From NCBI RefSeq assembly GCF_009914755.1, contig NC_060934.1: DNA of 64,000 nucleotides; one strand, given 5' to 3'. The notes under the pieces were generated by a model, which ran no database searches, had not been told where the DNA came from, and saw only the letters and a program-made list of their open reading frames with translations. The position numbers and the translations under genes were made by a program. Shown here piece after piece: positions 13,140-24,802 of this stretch (position 1 is the first letter of the stretch; every line of letters starts with the position of its first letter). This DNA comes from the human T2T-CHM13v2.0 reference genome, Homo sapiens.

Positions 13140-14700
13140 TGATGGCTGCAGCAGCCCATCTGGAGCAGCCACTGTGAGGATGCGAGCTGCAGCCTGGGCC
13201 ATGCACTCCATGAAGCCAGTGGGGGCCAGGAACAGGTGGAAGCCCTGCACCCTACTGAGTTGGTGGGGCAGGAGCCCCACACTCCCATGCACAGCTCCAG
13301 CCACCCAGCCATGGTTCCAGACCCAGGCATCCTTGCACTCTCAGGGGCCTGCGAAGACTCCTGCCCTGGCAGGCTTGGAAGTGCCTGTTCCCACTCCCTG
13401 GCCTCTCCTCATTCCTGGTGCCCACTCCAGTGTGGAGCAAAGTTGTGGTCAAGCCTGGGCACTGTCATGACCTGGCTGGGTGTGCATGTGCCAAGGGCAG
13501 TGCTGACACACTAGCTGCCTGCTGCCCCAGACCCCTCTGAAACTTTGGGCACCAATGAGCTCAGGGAGGGAGGCCCAGAGGGCTGAGGATGGCTCTGCAA
13601 GGGCCTGTGGGCACTCCTTAGCATGGACAGCCTGGGCACTGCAGACAGCATGTTGATGGTGGCAGGAGGCAGACAGGTTCCTAGGTGGGAAGGGGCAGGT
13701 CCCCAGTGAATTCCCAGTTTCAAGCCAGGGATGGACTGAAGCCTGGGGGCTGGGCTGCCAGTTTCAGGTGAAGTCCATGACCCAGAGTGGGAACTTATGG
13801 TGCTTTTTCCAGCCCCAACCATGGCTACCCATGGACTAATCAGCATGCACTTCCTCCCTCCTGAGCCCATAAAAACCCTAGACTCAGCCAGACTCAGACA
13901 CTCTCTGGGACGACCTGCCTGCCATAGAAGCTACCCATTTTGGGCCTCCTCTACTCTCTTTGGGACAAACTGCCTGTGGATAGGAGCTACCCACTTCAGG
14001 CCTCCTCTCTGCTGAGAGGTGTTCTGTCTCTCAATAAGGCTCTTCTTTGCCTTACTCACCCTCTAGTAGTCCCTGTAAACTCATTCTTCCTGGACATGAG
14101 ACAAGAACTCGGGACCCACTGAATGGCTGGAGCGAAAGGAGGTGTAATGCTTTCCTGGCCAGCTTGCTGAGCTGTGGGTGGTGACACACTCCCAGACTGT
14201 GGGAATGAAGAGCTGTGGCCCTTCTGGGAGTGCAGACCTCTAGGCTCCCTGAGCCAGGGCTGTGACACACTGTAACACCCTCTTTGGGGATCTGTGGTTC
14301 CTGGTGTCTCTGAGCTTTTGGGTGCCACTGCATTCCCATTGTCCAGACGCTGATGCCCACAGCAGAAGCCACATGTGGTACATCTGGTTCAGCCGCAGCC
14401 TCTCACTGAGCCAGTGCCTGTGCCGGTGCCTGGAGCTGCCTGTCATACCACAGCAGCCAACATATCTGGTTGTGTGCAGTGGCCAGACCCTGTGCTTGCT
14501 CACTCATACACCTCTTGCCACTCCATGCCTGGCTTGCCCTTGGCAGGTGTGGGATCCAGGCCAGCAGCATTAGCTGAGCACAGCTGGCCGGGCTGAGTGG
14601 GTGGAATGAGCCCAGTGGGTATGAAGAGAACTCAATCAGAGGTGCCACCAGCCACAGAGGTTTCCAGCTGATGAAGGGACACCTGAAGGATCCTGTGGCA
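13140..14700 (+). mobile_element. MER52-like ERV1 solo LTR (~1.56 kb, GC-rich)
   Basis: Starts TGATGGCTGCAGCAGCCCATCTGGAGCAGCC, ends GAAGGATCCTGTGGCA; TATA-like CCCATAAAAACCC (~13866) followed by AATAAG (~14033); sharp GC rise; accounts for the dense cluster of spurious ORFs; TSD not clear. Confidence 0.8.
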
Positions 14701-16940
14701 TTACTTACTTGTGCAGCATTGTTCTTCCTCTTTAGGAGTGTGCTTGTCTCATATCCCTGTGTGTGCTGTCAGCAACTCCAGGGAGGGGTGGTGCCTGACA
14801 CCTGCCTATCTTAGCAACTACAACTGTATTTTATATCTGATTGAATCTCAGTAACTATTTTATGGAGAAAACCGTGGTGACTTTTCAATGTGTCCACTCA
14901 GCAACAGCACTTGGTTAGTATTCCATGTGCTGGCTGGGTGTGTCAGAGTTGAAAAGAATCCCAAAGGGGGAATTTAAATCATGGTTTGTTTCTTGATTAT
15001 CTCATTTTTGGCATGTAATTTTAGGTTTGAGGCCTTATTACAGAAGTCATGAGGATTAGTTTCAAATGATCATAACCACTAAGAGCCAGAGGGATCTTAG
15101 ATAATTAGTCAAGTATACGGATTTGGAAATGGAGTACCTGAGAGGGGGAGCATTAATTTCGGGTCCCAAAGCTTGCTGGTGTCCAGGATGAGATGGAGAA
15201 CCGAGATCTTGATAGCTTTCTTTTTGGTGCCCTTTACATGATATGGGAATCCTTTCATTTTAGTCCCAGCTGTCATTATATCTTTCCCCTGGAGACAGCT
15301 AAAAATATAATTTCAGCTTTGATTATATTTTAAAAGTATACTAATTGAAACCCAGGCCACATGGCAAAGGCTGCAGAGGGGCAGGGACTTTTATTATCAG
15401 TCTGCAAATTCAAAGAACAGGATCCCATTCATTCTAATACTCCAAGAAACACAGTCATTGGAGTCCATCTGCCTCTAAACTGTAGCGAATAAGAAAAAAA
15501 TATATTTTGAGGAAATGTCCCAGCTTTAAAACTTAATTAATTTTATTATTCATAGTTTCATTATTTAAAAATTATGTGAGATTTTTAGTCTATTTGGCAA
15601 TTAAGCTCTGAGATTTCTGTTTTACTTATTTGTAAACCAAAATGGTTCAATATGCCTTTCTTACCTGGGGCTTCTGACCTCAGCCTTGACATTCTCTGCA
15701 ATAATATTCTCTGTATGAGAGTTGTAGACCACAACACCTGCCCAGCAAAATGTGCCTTTCTTTGGTTCTGAAATTATGTCAGTGCATTTCTTTTCAGTGT
15801 GAAAACAATTGGCAAATATGAAGCAAATTTAGAACTGGGAATTGTTCCCTCCTCAATTCTTTCAAAAGATTTTATAGAAACCTGTGAAGATGACATGAAA
15901 TAGTAGTTGAATATGTTGATGTTATAACATGTGGCAAGCTTAACTTTAAAAATAAGAAATCCTCAGCACATGCATTTTGCTTTCTGCAAACTCTGCTTAA
16001 CCTTAGGCTGATCTTATTTTCTATGCTTCCTGTCTGTTTTTGCTACTCTAGTCAGAGCTCTAAGTTTTAGTCTCCCTGCAGGTAATCCACTAGAGTTCTT
16101 TCTGGAAGAATCATAGAAGGGGTATAAACATTGCTTTATGTTTCTTCTTTTCTGGGTTCAGTGGTTTCTTTCATACGCTCACCTCTTTGGGGACATTCAA
16201 GTGCTGGGCTAAATTTTCACTATTATTCAAAAAGAAAGATTTTTTTAATTGATAAAAGCCTAACTAGCCTTCAACACAATGAATTTTGCTAATTAAAAAG
16301 GCTGTGATTCCTAGTCAGTGTTAACACCTGTCGAATACCAAAGAAACTTTTTAGTGTTAATTCAGGGGGTGACATATCAGTTGATTGCAGAAATATTCCC
16401 TGAGGCATAAACAAGAAGGCAAAAATTAATTATTACTTATTGGGTTTGTATTAATAATTACTCTAGTTTCCATCAGCTTCAAATGAGAATCATATTCAAA
16501 ATGTTCAGAAAAGAGCCTCAGTGGCTTTGGGGCATGATCTTGTAAGAGGATGTTTCTTTTCAACATCTATTATTTTTACTCATGTTTTAAATTGTGCATA
16601 TTACTTGCTTAAAGCACTGGCCTTTATATTTTCCAAGAGATAACATTCATAGGAAAAGTGAACAGGTGGTACAAATGACCTGATAACATTTTTAAGTCTG
16701 ACATCTTTATGAGCATTTCATCTAGATATTTATGTATTTATTTTATTTATTTATTTATAGCTCTCCTTATTTCACAAAATATTTGCTTAATAATTATTTC
16801 ATTATGTAATAGAAAAGGATGACATATGACCTATGTTTTAAGCTCAAACATTTTTAAGGAAGAAAAATCTATACCTGCTATCATGTTAGGTAAAACCCAT
16901 CCAGTACTTATGAAAATAAAAAATTATTAGGCATAGCCAT

Positions 16941-17499
16941 TGTGACGGTTTGGAACACATCTTTGAATTTTTTGCATACCACTTTCAAAATATGGAGTCC
17001 AATTCCCCTTTCCTAATGTGAACTGAACTTAGGGATTTGCTTCTAATGAATAGAAAATTGTGGAAGTGATATTGGGCCACCTCTGGGCTAGGTTAGCAAA
17101 GGTGACACAGCTCTGCCGGTCTCCTGCTCTCATGGGTAAACATGCCTAAGGAGCCCTGAGACAGTATACTAGAGGAACTGCCACCCTGAAAACACAGTGC
17201 TGGAGAGAGATTCCAGGGAGAGACATAGAGACACAGAAAGAGGTGCCCGAGGATCTCAGCTGTCCAGCCCCTGTTATTTGAATCATTTCAGCCCTGGCAC
17301 CAGAGAGATGAGAGGAGAAACCTGACAATATCCCCAGCCTGAGCCATCACCAGACTCCATCCTCCTGAGTGCCCCTGAACCAGCATCACCACTGAACACT
17401 CTGGAAGACCTACAGAAACTGAGAGAAGGTAAATGATGGTTGTTGTTTTAAGCCACCAAGTTTTGGATGATTTGTTAAGCAGCTTAGACACCTAGAAAA
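16941..17499 (+). mobile_element. MLT1F-like ERVL-MaLR solo LTR
   Basis: ATGGAGTCCAATTCCCC, TGCTTCTAATGAATAGAA...GGAAGTGA, and 3' GTTGTTTTAAGCCACCAAGTTTTGGATGATTTGTTAAGCAGC. Confidence 0.85.
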
Positions 17500-17798
17500 A
17501 CTATCACTACTGAGTTGGATAATTGCAGAGGGTTTTAAAGGCCAAAGTCATGAATGCTTCTACCCTGGCAAGGTCAAGTCATCAGGAAATTGTCTTTTAA
17601 ACTCAACAGATCTTCAATGCCCCTTTGCTGGGGCTAGAGAATAATCTGATACGTATCTGATAGAGCCTCTTCAAAGCCTCTGTCAACAACTGCTGGCTGG
17701 GTCTGGGTCAACCCTGGCCTGGTTTAATTTCAGTCAACTACAGCTACTCACCTTCTGTTTTAGGTCCTGGCCTGTACTGATCTTTTGATCAGTGACTC

Positions 17799-17850
17799 TG
17801 TGTGTGTATCTGCGTGTGTGTGTGTGTGTGTGTGTGTGTATCGTGTGTGT
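17799..17850. repeat. (TG)n microsatellite, interrupted
   Basis: Direct reading. Confidence 0.95.
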
Positions 17851-18644
17851 CTTTCCATTTTATCTGAAGGGGCTAAATAATAGTGCTGTGGTTGCTTTAT
17901 ATACCAAAATAATTCCTAGGAGGAGAATATTGGTTGTCAGTTGAGCTTTAAAACAGATGTGAGAGAACACTGAGGAAAGGAATGCATGAAACCAAAAGGC
18001 AAAAAACAAAAAACAAACAAACAACAAAAAAACCTTGCCATTTTTCCCCATTATCCACATGAATTTTAAACTAAATTAAAAATGATATTTAAAAGTCTAA
18101 AGGCCTAACTGAAGCTTTAAATTAGACTGGTGGGAATTGTCACAATTACTCACGTAACTGTGCTGTAAACTAAGATTATAATAATTTTTTAAAACCTAAT
18201 CTAATTGACATTTGTCACCAAACCTTATTCTCCAGGGGCAGGCTAGTCTGTGTTATGCTGCTTAATTTACTCTAAATTAAAAACAAAATCATATCCCCTG
18301 CAAATAAAATTGTTTATAGTATGAGTAGAAACTGTTCTACTTCCTGAGTTGTGTAGAATTTCACTGCACAGTTTTGATGCCTCCTGGGGAAAGATCCACA
18401 GAGCATCAAGGCAGAAATCCTTCCTTGTCATAACCTCCCCCTATCATCAGGGAATGCACATGTTCAGGAATTAAGAAGAAAGAGCATCCAATCCCACCTC
18501 TGTCCTGGGTTGGTTCCCATGAGCAAGCAAATGTGCTGTATTAATGCTTATTAAAAATACATACATATTTATATATATAAACATATGAATATATTGATTA
18601 AGAAAATACTATGTTCCCAAATTGCAAAACAAAAATATTATCTA

Positions 18645-18825
18645 TTTTATTTTTCTTATTTATTTTAAATGTATTGTAGAAACAGGGCCTCCCTCTGTCA
18701 CCAGGATGGAGTACAATGGCGTGATCTTAGCTCACTGCAGTCTTGAACTCTTGGGCTCAAGAGATTCTCTCACCTCAGCCTCCAAAAGTTCTGGGATGAC
18801 AGGTGTGAACCAACGTGCCCAGCCT
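18645..18825 (-). mobile_element. Old Alu monomer (FRAM/AluJ-like)
   Basis: Single diverged reverse Alu arm: GGAGTACAATGGCGTGATCTTAGCTCACTGCAG...GGGATGACAGGTGTGAACC. Confidence 0.85.
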
Positions 18826-19574
18826 CAATTTTAGATAAAAAGGCTAATGAGTTTATTATAAACCACATATTTCGTCAACATGTTGGCAGGTTCTGCAAAG
18901 AGCTGTAAGGATGCACTGAATATTTGCCGTTGCGGATGAGGCTGCTGGAGCATTGGAGATCCATTCATCATGCCAAAGTGTAGCTCAGGGAGTCACCTCC
19001 ATGGAAAATGTGTGCTTTCCAAACGTGGCTACCAGGTCGTTGTGGAATTCCATCCAGAAGCACCTTGTTCTTCCATCGCCATCATTCTGGACAAGGCAGA
19101 ATCCACATTCCCCATATTACTAACTTTAAAGCAGAAATGTTACGCCTTTGCCTGTAATTGAAATTGTAGTCATTTGAAAATCAAATATTGCTAAAATTTG
19201 ATGTTAGAGGGATAGATGATCAATAATTGGGTTGAAAGAATACTGTCTCTCATTAAGCAAAATGAAAATGTTTTCAGAGATTTGTGAAATGTTTTGCTAT
19301 GAAGACTTTTCACTGCAAAGCACCCACTTTGTTTAAAGCAATAAGGCAACGTGCTGGATGAACGTAAAGAAGTTTTCAACACAGAACTTCACAATAAAAA
19401 TGGTAAGAAATGCACACAAACCATGGAAATCAAGTGCTGTAAGAGTGTGTTTTATAAAAGTGGCTGAAGGAAATGCTTTGGACATTTCTATTAATTATAG
19501 CCAATGTTCATGGATCTGTATGCTGAGTACACACCTAGGCATTTGCATTTCATTATTTCTTTGAACTCTTTCAA

Positions 19575-19715
19575 AAGCCCTGAGGTCTTTATGATTATCT
19601 CCATTTCACAAATGATGATACAGAGGAACAGGGAAAGCAAGTGATTTGCTGGCTGTCATAGAGCCACGTTGGGGAGCCAAGATTTAAAACCCAGGCAATT
19701 ACATTCCAGAACTGT
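19575..19715 (-). mobile_element. MIR SINE fragment
   Basis: ATTATCTCCATTTCACAAATGA...AAGTGATTTGC...GAGCCAAGATTTAAAACCCAGGC. Confidence 0.7.
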
Positions 19716-20614
19716 ATAGCGATTGCACATTGGATGGATGGAGTCAAGTAATTCCTTCTACTGGACGCAGTGGTGGTGAGGATGGGGAAAGGATGAAAGC
19801 AACAAAAATAAAACATAAGCAGGGAGGCTTTCCTCCAGGTAGTTTTCAGTTTTTCTTTTATATAGAGAGTAGGGGGAAATTCATCCTGCTTCTTCCTTGG
19901 AAATACAGACTCTGTGTATGAAGACATCTTTTATAATCCCAATTTAGCAACAGCCTCGAGCTGTTCTTAACTTGGGAAATGCTGTGTGGCTGACTCAAAC
20001 TGACAGTGATGAACATATTTTGGCTGACACCTTACCAAAATTTGGGTTTATTTATTTCATTAATATTTTTCTTCAGGCAAAATATATTTGTCATGCCCTT
20101 TCTATTTATAACCTGGAAATGTTTCCTGTTTAGAGTCAGACTCTTTGTGACAGGCCACCAAGAAGCAGAAGACAGATGGTTTAGATGCCCCTTTAGCACA
20201 GTTTAAAGAATGCAATCTCTTTATAATGGGATGCAAGTCTGATTCGGGGTCGTGCTCCCTGTGTACACTTTGTGTTTTTTTGAATATGTCGGTTTGAGCA
20301 GAAGTTGCCTGTCTTCAAAAAGCAGGGTCCCTACTGTGTACCCCTCAGTCCAGAACGTGGCTCCTAATAGATAGGATGTGACCAAGCTGTCACATTAGAT
20401 TCTTTTCCACTAATGGAGCTTCTCAAGGTCTGAGATGAAAGCTACAACCTAGCCCCAACCCAGAGGTCTGGGTTTCTGGTGTGTAGTTGTTCTGTTCTAA
20501 TAACTCCCCTCATGGCCGGTCTTATTCAGAATCTTGTAAATGAGCCATGTGTTGTGATATATTTCTTCCATCAAGAAGATTCAAATACACTGCACGTCCA
20601 AAGATGAATCATGA

Positions 20615-20911
<297 letters not shown>

Positions 20912-22003
20912 TGAAAGTATTTCTTATTTCAAAGCAGAGCTGCTGCTTAGCAACAAGCACGGGCTTGTGCTTCTTGGTGTGAGCACGTCCAAGCAGGAGG
21001 TAGATGCTGGTGGAGATTAGGTTAAGTAAAGAAAAGCATCATCATTTTTGAGAAGGAAAATCTCTCAAGAGGAAATTCTTTAGTGACTTCTTAGGAAAAG
21101 TTTAAATCCTGATGCCTCATGTGACAAATGTCAAATGCATCTCAATTACCTGGATAAATTAGCCATAAGTATTTTGCACATCTGAAATCATTACCTCACT
21201 TTATCTTGTTTACAGGTAAATACTGACAATCACAGACCTAGAGTACTGCTTTTTCTTAAGAATGTCTTTTCCAACCCCTGGCACCAGTAGATGCCTTCCA
21301 CCTTGGGACAGTCTTGAAAATTACGGCCCGGTAATTATCATCTTTAGGGATGATGTAAGACCATATTATATGGAAGATTATATGAAGATTCACAGACTAC
21401 TGAAAAGACAGGTATTCAGGGGCATTTCATGGAGTTCAAGAGGAGAAGGATAAAGGATAACCATCTTCAATGTATACGTTTGGGAAGGCAGTTTTGTGGG
21501 CACATTGCTTTATACCCATAGGCACTACACTTATTTCTCTGTTGCTGAAAACAACAGAACCACAGCATTGACTGCATGGGTATTGGTGGTATTTCAGTGT
21601 CTTGGTATATCACGAACCAGATAGGAACTTGTTAAGTTTGAAGGATGAGGTTGCTGGGATTTTGTGTGTGGGAGAAGGGGATGCTTCGTTCTATGGCTTT
21701 TGAGATAGAGATGGAAAAGAAACAGTCAGGGAGGAGAATGAAGAGAGAAGAGTGAAGCCACAACAGGGGATCACGTGTAGGGGTCTCCAGAACTGAAGCC
21801 TGTGGTGAGAGGTGGAGAAGAGAAAGGCATAGTCAGGTGTCACAGCACTTAATTTCCTCATCAGCAGCTTAAAATTTGGTTTCGCACACTGGCTGAGATG
21901 GGGAGTGTCAAATTGACCTCTGCTAAACCTCTGAGGATGTGAGTGCTGTAGGGAAGAGAGCAGGTGAAATAAATTCCATATAACCAAGCAAACAGAGTAA
22001 ATA

Positions 22004-22037
22004 TCTCTCTCTCTCTCTCTCTCTCTCACTCTCTCTC

Positions 22038-22070
<33 letters not shown>
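22004..22070. repeat. Compound (CT)n(CA)n microsatellite
   Basis: Direct reading. Confidence 0.95.
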
Positions 22071-23693
22071 ATTCTCATTAACAAAATTATGGGGAAAAAA
22101 CAACCTTTCTACCACAGTTACAAGGTCTCAAATTTGTAATCTGTAAATTCCTTTTTTTCAAAAAAGCACTAGCTTTTCTTCTGAGACCTTATTAGATGGC
22201 AGGCCGGTGCTACGTGTGTTAGGTACACATTCCTTTGTGTTCACATAAGTAACTCGTTGCATTTATGAAAGCAATGAATTAATCCTATTCTTGTAGGTCC
22301 AAGTGACCAGGCCTTCATATGGGAGAGGATCTCCTGCAGCGTCCAGAGGAGAAGGTGATTATGTCTCTCTAGGCTCATTGGACAAAATCAGTTAAATTGT
22401 GTTCCAAAAGCTGTATGGCTGCAGACACTGTGAACAGCAGGAAAGCCTTTTCACAGTTCAAGGAGCCTTGCTGCCTGAGATGAGAGCTGCCAGGGATGGC
22501 AAAGTATCAAGCATTTTTTTCTATGGCTACTTAGTATTGGATAAAAATTTGCCCACCAATCCATCTCACCCTGATGTTTCAATAAATAGCCCGTGTTTTA
22601 ATAGTCACATGGGAGGGTTGTGCTTTAAAAAGTTATAGTCTATCAGATTCTGCACTCTCTTTTGTATCCAAACGCACAAAAGGAAGGTTGAAATTCTAAT
22701 AGAGAATGTTTTCAGTTAAAATCCATTCTCAATGATAAAATTAGGTAACCTTATTCTTTTCATAGACTATTTTTTTCTTCCACGATCACACAGGGATTTT
22801 CAAATATTTGTCTTGAATGTCAAGTTTTACTCTTCGGTGCTGTGCTAAAGACACGACTGTAGCAATTAGAAAAGTGTTCAGATAACCACCTACAAGATGA
22901 CAAATGGCTCAGCCTTGAATTGAAAAGATTAAAGGACTATGCACATTTCATCTGAAAAGAATGGTTATTTAATGATGATTTTTATATACCATGCATGGTT
23001 GCTGCACAGAAATTGGCCAGTAAGTATTTCCCATCTTTATTTGAAAAGATAATAGGAAGAAATAGAATTAGGCAGCAGCACATAGGATTCAACTCAGGCT
23101 TAAGGAAGGACCTTGACAGGGGGATTAGTACAAATATGGGAGACAGACAGAATGTCTTCTCTAGTGGTTACACAGAGGTAGGTGAGGCTATTGTCCACTT
23201 GTCTTTTTAGATATGGTCTTGCCTGATGGCAATGAGATCAAATTCAAACACTTATTCAGGTTTCTGATATTTTGTCTTATGCATTTTGGCATGTAAAGCT
23301 ATTAAACAGAATACCAAAAAGCATTAGAGCATAGGGAGTAAATTGTCATCCAGAACAATTAAAAAAAATCCTTGAATATATGGCTGGTCTGAAACATTCT
23401 CTTCATTTTATAGGAGTCAGAGTAACCTCTGAGATAGAGGATATATGTCATTTTTATATTTTTATTTGAAATGAGTTTTTAAAGAAAAACTCTTAAAAAC
23501 TGAGAGAAAAGATTAATTAATCAGTGTGATTGACTCCTTACAGCAAATAATATAAACTTACTTATGGTGATATTTATATAATAAATTTCAAAGTAGAATT
23601 TTTGGATAATAGTTTTTCTAACTGTAGTGGAATGCTTGGAATAAAACTTAAAAGGTAACAAGAAACTAGATGAGACATTTATCCTTTTGTAAA

Positions 23694-24567
23694 TAACTTT
23701 TTTTAAAGAACAGTTTTAAATTTGCAGAAAAATTGTGAGAACAGTACAGAGAGTGCCTATAGGCTCCACACCCAGTTTATCCTACGATTAATATTTACAT
23801 TTGTTTGGTATATTTGTAACAATGAACCAGTATTGATATAGTATTATTGTCTAAAGGACACACTTTATTAAATTTTCACAAGTTTTTGTCTAACATCTTT
23901 TTTTTCTGTTCTAAGATCCCATCCAGAATACAGTACATTTGGTCTCCTGCCTCCTTAGGAGTTCTTGGCTGTGAGTTTCTCAGACGACTTTCCTTGTTTT
24001 TGATAACCTTGACAAGTCTGAGGAGTACTAGTCAGGTATCTTGTAGAATGTCCCTCACATGGGGGTGCCTGCTGTTTTTTGTCATGATTAGCCTGGGGTT
24101 GTGGTTTCTTGGGAGGAAGACCATTGAAGTAATGTGCCATTTCCATCACTTCATTGAGAGCACATACAATCAACATGACTTACCGCTAGCGATGACAAAC
24201 CTGATTGCCTGGCTGAGGTTGTTGTCAGTTTTCCCCACTGCAAAATTACTCTTTTTCCCTCTCTCTTCCATACTGCACTCTTTGGAAGTTACAGTGCCCA
24301 GCCTACACTTCAGGAGTGGGGAGTTAGAATCCACCTCATGGAGGGCAGAGCAGCTATGTAAATTGTCTGTAATTCTTCTGCATAGGAGACATTTCTTCTT
24401 TCTCATTTATTGATTGAATCACATATTTATATCACTCTGGATTCATAGATATTTATTTTGTGCTTTGGGCAATAATCCAATACTATTTTTCTGACTTGTT
24501 GCTCAGGTGGTTCTAGCTTTGGTTATCGGGGCTCTTTAAGTTGACCCTGGTGCTTTTTTGACCTACC
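23694..24567 (-). mobile_element. L1MC-type LINE-1 3' part (first piece of a split element)
   Basis: AGAACAGTTTTAAATTTGCAGAAAAATTGTGAG...TGAGGAGTACTAGTCAGGTATCTTGTAGAATGTCCC, L1MC 3'UTR; continues at 31599. Confidence 0.8.
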
Positions 24568-24802
24568 CCACCATTAGTTTTTTCTTTTCCACCTTTTAAG
24601 TTCAGGAGTACATGTGCAGGATGTGCAGGTTTGTTACATAGGTAAATGTGTGCCATGGCGGTTTGCTGCACAGATCGTCCCAGGTATTAAGCCCAGCATC
24701 CATTAGCTAGTTTTCTTGATCCTCTCCTTCCTCCCATGCTCCACCATCAGACAGGCCCAAGTATGTGTTGCTCACACCCATGTGTCCATGTGTTCTCATC
24801 AT

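Noticed and set aside
13068-14648. Dense cluster of overlapping 60-119-aa ORFs on both strands
   Set aside because: Falls within the GC-rich MER52-like LTR where stops are rare; no recognisable domain.
18880-19152. Coding-looking segment with a minus-strand acceptor TTCAATTACAG
   Set aside because: All three minus-strand frames hit stops within ~25 codons of the acceptor; no protein similarity recognised.
23847-24413. 188-aa plus-strand ORF that looks hydrophobic
   Set aside because: Antisense to an L1MC 3' region, TTG start, and T-rich composition explains the hydrophobicity.
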